DNA of 64,000 nucleotides from Candidatus Magasanikiibacteriota bacterium (GTDB lineage Bacteria; Patescibacteriota; Patescibacteriia; Magasanikbacterales; UBA922): NCBI GenBank assembly GCA_043825135.1, contig JBDRSF010000015.1, positions 1,559 to 65,558 of the forward strand, read 5' to 3'. Shown piece by piece: positions 63,657 to 64,000 of this stretch (position 1 is its first letter; each line of letters starts with the position of its first letter). The notes under the pieces were generated by a model. It saw only the letters and a program-made list of their open reading frames with translations, ran no database searches and was not told where the DNA came from. The position numbers and the translations under genes were made by a program.

Positions 63657-63690
63657 GAGGCAGGTTTTCCTGCCTCTTAACTCATTTTTA
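63657..63690 (+). terminator. rho-independent terminator after dnaK
   Basis: GAGGCAGGTTTTCCTGCCTCTTAACTCATTTTTA. Confidence 0.6.
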
Positions 63691-64000
63691 ATGAAAAAAT
63701 ATATGGCCAATATGACAGTTGTGTGTCAACATTGTAATCGGACACACTTAAGGAAAGTAGATGATGATAAAATGGAAAGGAAGAGATCTCATGGTGTTTG
63801 TTCTGAGTGTTTGATTGAACATTTTGGAGATGTGTTAAATGAAGGTGAAATTAAAGAGTCTATTAAAAAGGATGTGAAAGACGGTATTGTCTGGACAGTA
63901 GATTCTAAAAAAGGCAAACCTACATATAGTCAAGAAACACAAGAAAGATATGCTAAACTTTTGGAAGATGTTAGAGTTGAAAAAGACGGTAGAGGAGAAG
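63691..64000 (+). CDS. hypothetical zinc-ribbon protein (5' partial, runs off window)
   Basis: MKKYMANMTVVCQHCNRTHL...SHGVCSECLIEHFG, two CxxC pairs; not DnaJ-like. Confidence 0.4.
   Translation, partial: MKKYMANMTVVCQHCNRTHLRKVDDDKMERKRSHGVCSECLIEHFGDVLNEGEIKESIKKDVKDGIVWTVDSKKGKPTYSQETQERYAKLLEDVRVEKDGRGE

Noticed and set aside
1-64000. Alternative genetic code (TGA=Gly code 25 or TGA=Trp code 4) suggested by two in-frame TGAs and rarity of TGA stops
   Set aside because: All long ORFs (up to 1341 aa) are TGA-free under the standard code. TAA/TAG terminate ~50 genes; a sense TGA would appear many times in ~20 kb of long ORFs
1-64000. CRISPR array
   Set aside because: No regularly spaced direct repeats with unique spacers; the repeated sequences are dispersed palindromic/MITE-like elements and short tandem arrays without spacers

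Overview
This low-GC, gene-dense 64-kb window has the hallmarks of a small-genome Patescibacteria/CPR-like bacterium, and standard genetic code is assumed throughout. Hallmarks are short genes, frequent overlaps, short YidC and HrcA, many secreted proteins, and TAA/TAG stops with TGA rare. Housekeeping genes are tpiA, mutM, rpmG, recQ, a cold-shock protein, metK, gpsA, cca, a MacAB-like efflux set, yidC, and an hrcA/Nudix-grpE/hsp20/dnaK heat-shock cluster with CIRCE-like operators. Five tRNA genes are present. One is a tRNA-Tyr interrupted by a ~213-nt group I intron, followed by a degenerate second tRNA-Tyr-like copy. A free-standing HTH plus LAGLIDADG-like ORF sits just upstream. An accessory island at ~19.2-33.7 kb carries a small membrane protein, a Pif1-like helicase, a T4 DenV-like glycosylase, RadC, an AntA-like antirepressor, a Type III R-M system, a pRiA4b-ORF3 protein, an AbrB-like regulator, an HTH-Panacea/RelE-like toxin-antitoxin pair, arfB, a SWIM zinc-finger protein with an acidic Cys-rich partner, and a DUF559 endonuclease inside a MITE-like element. 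It is followed by a 1341-aa secreted phospholipase-C/lamin-tail/beta-helix surface protein. The window is littered with several families of short GC-rich palindromic (MITE-like) repeats. One family sits exactly in front of the start codons of mutM, metK and dnaK. Two genes are interrupted by single in-frame TGA codons.
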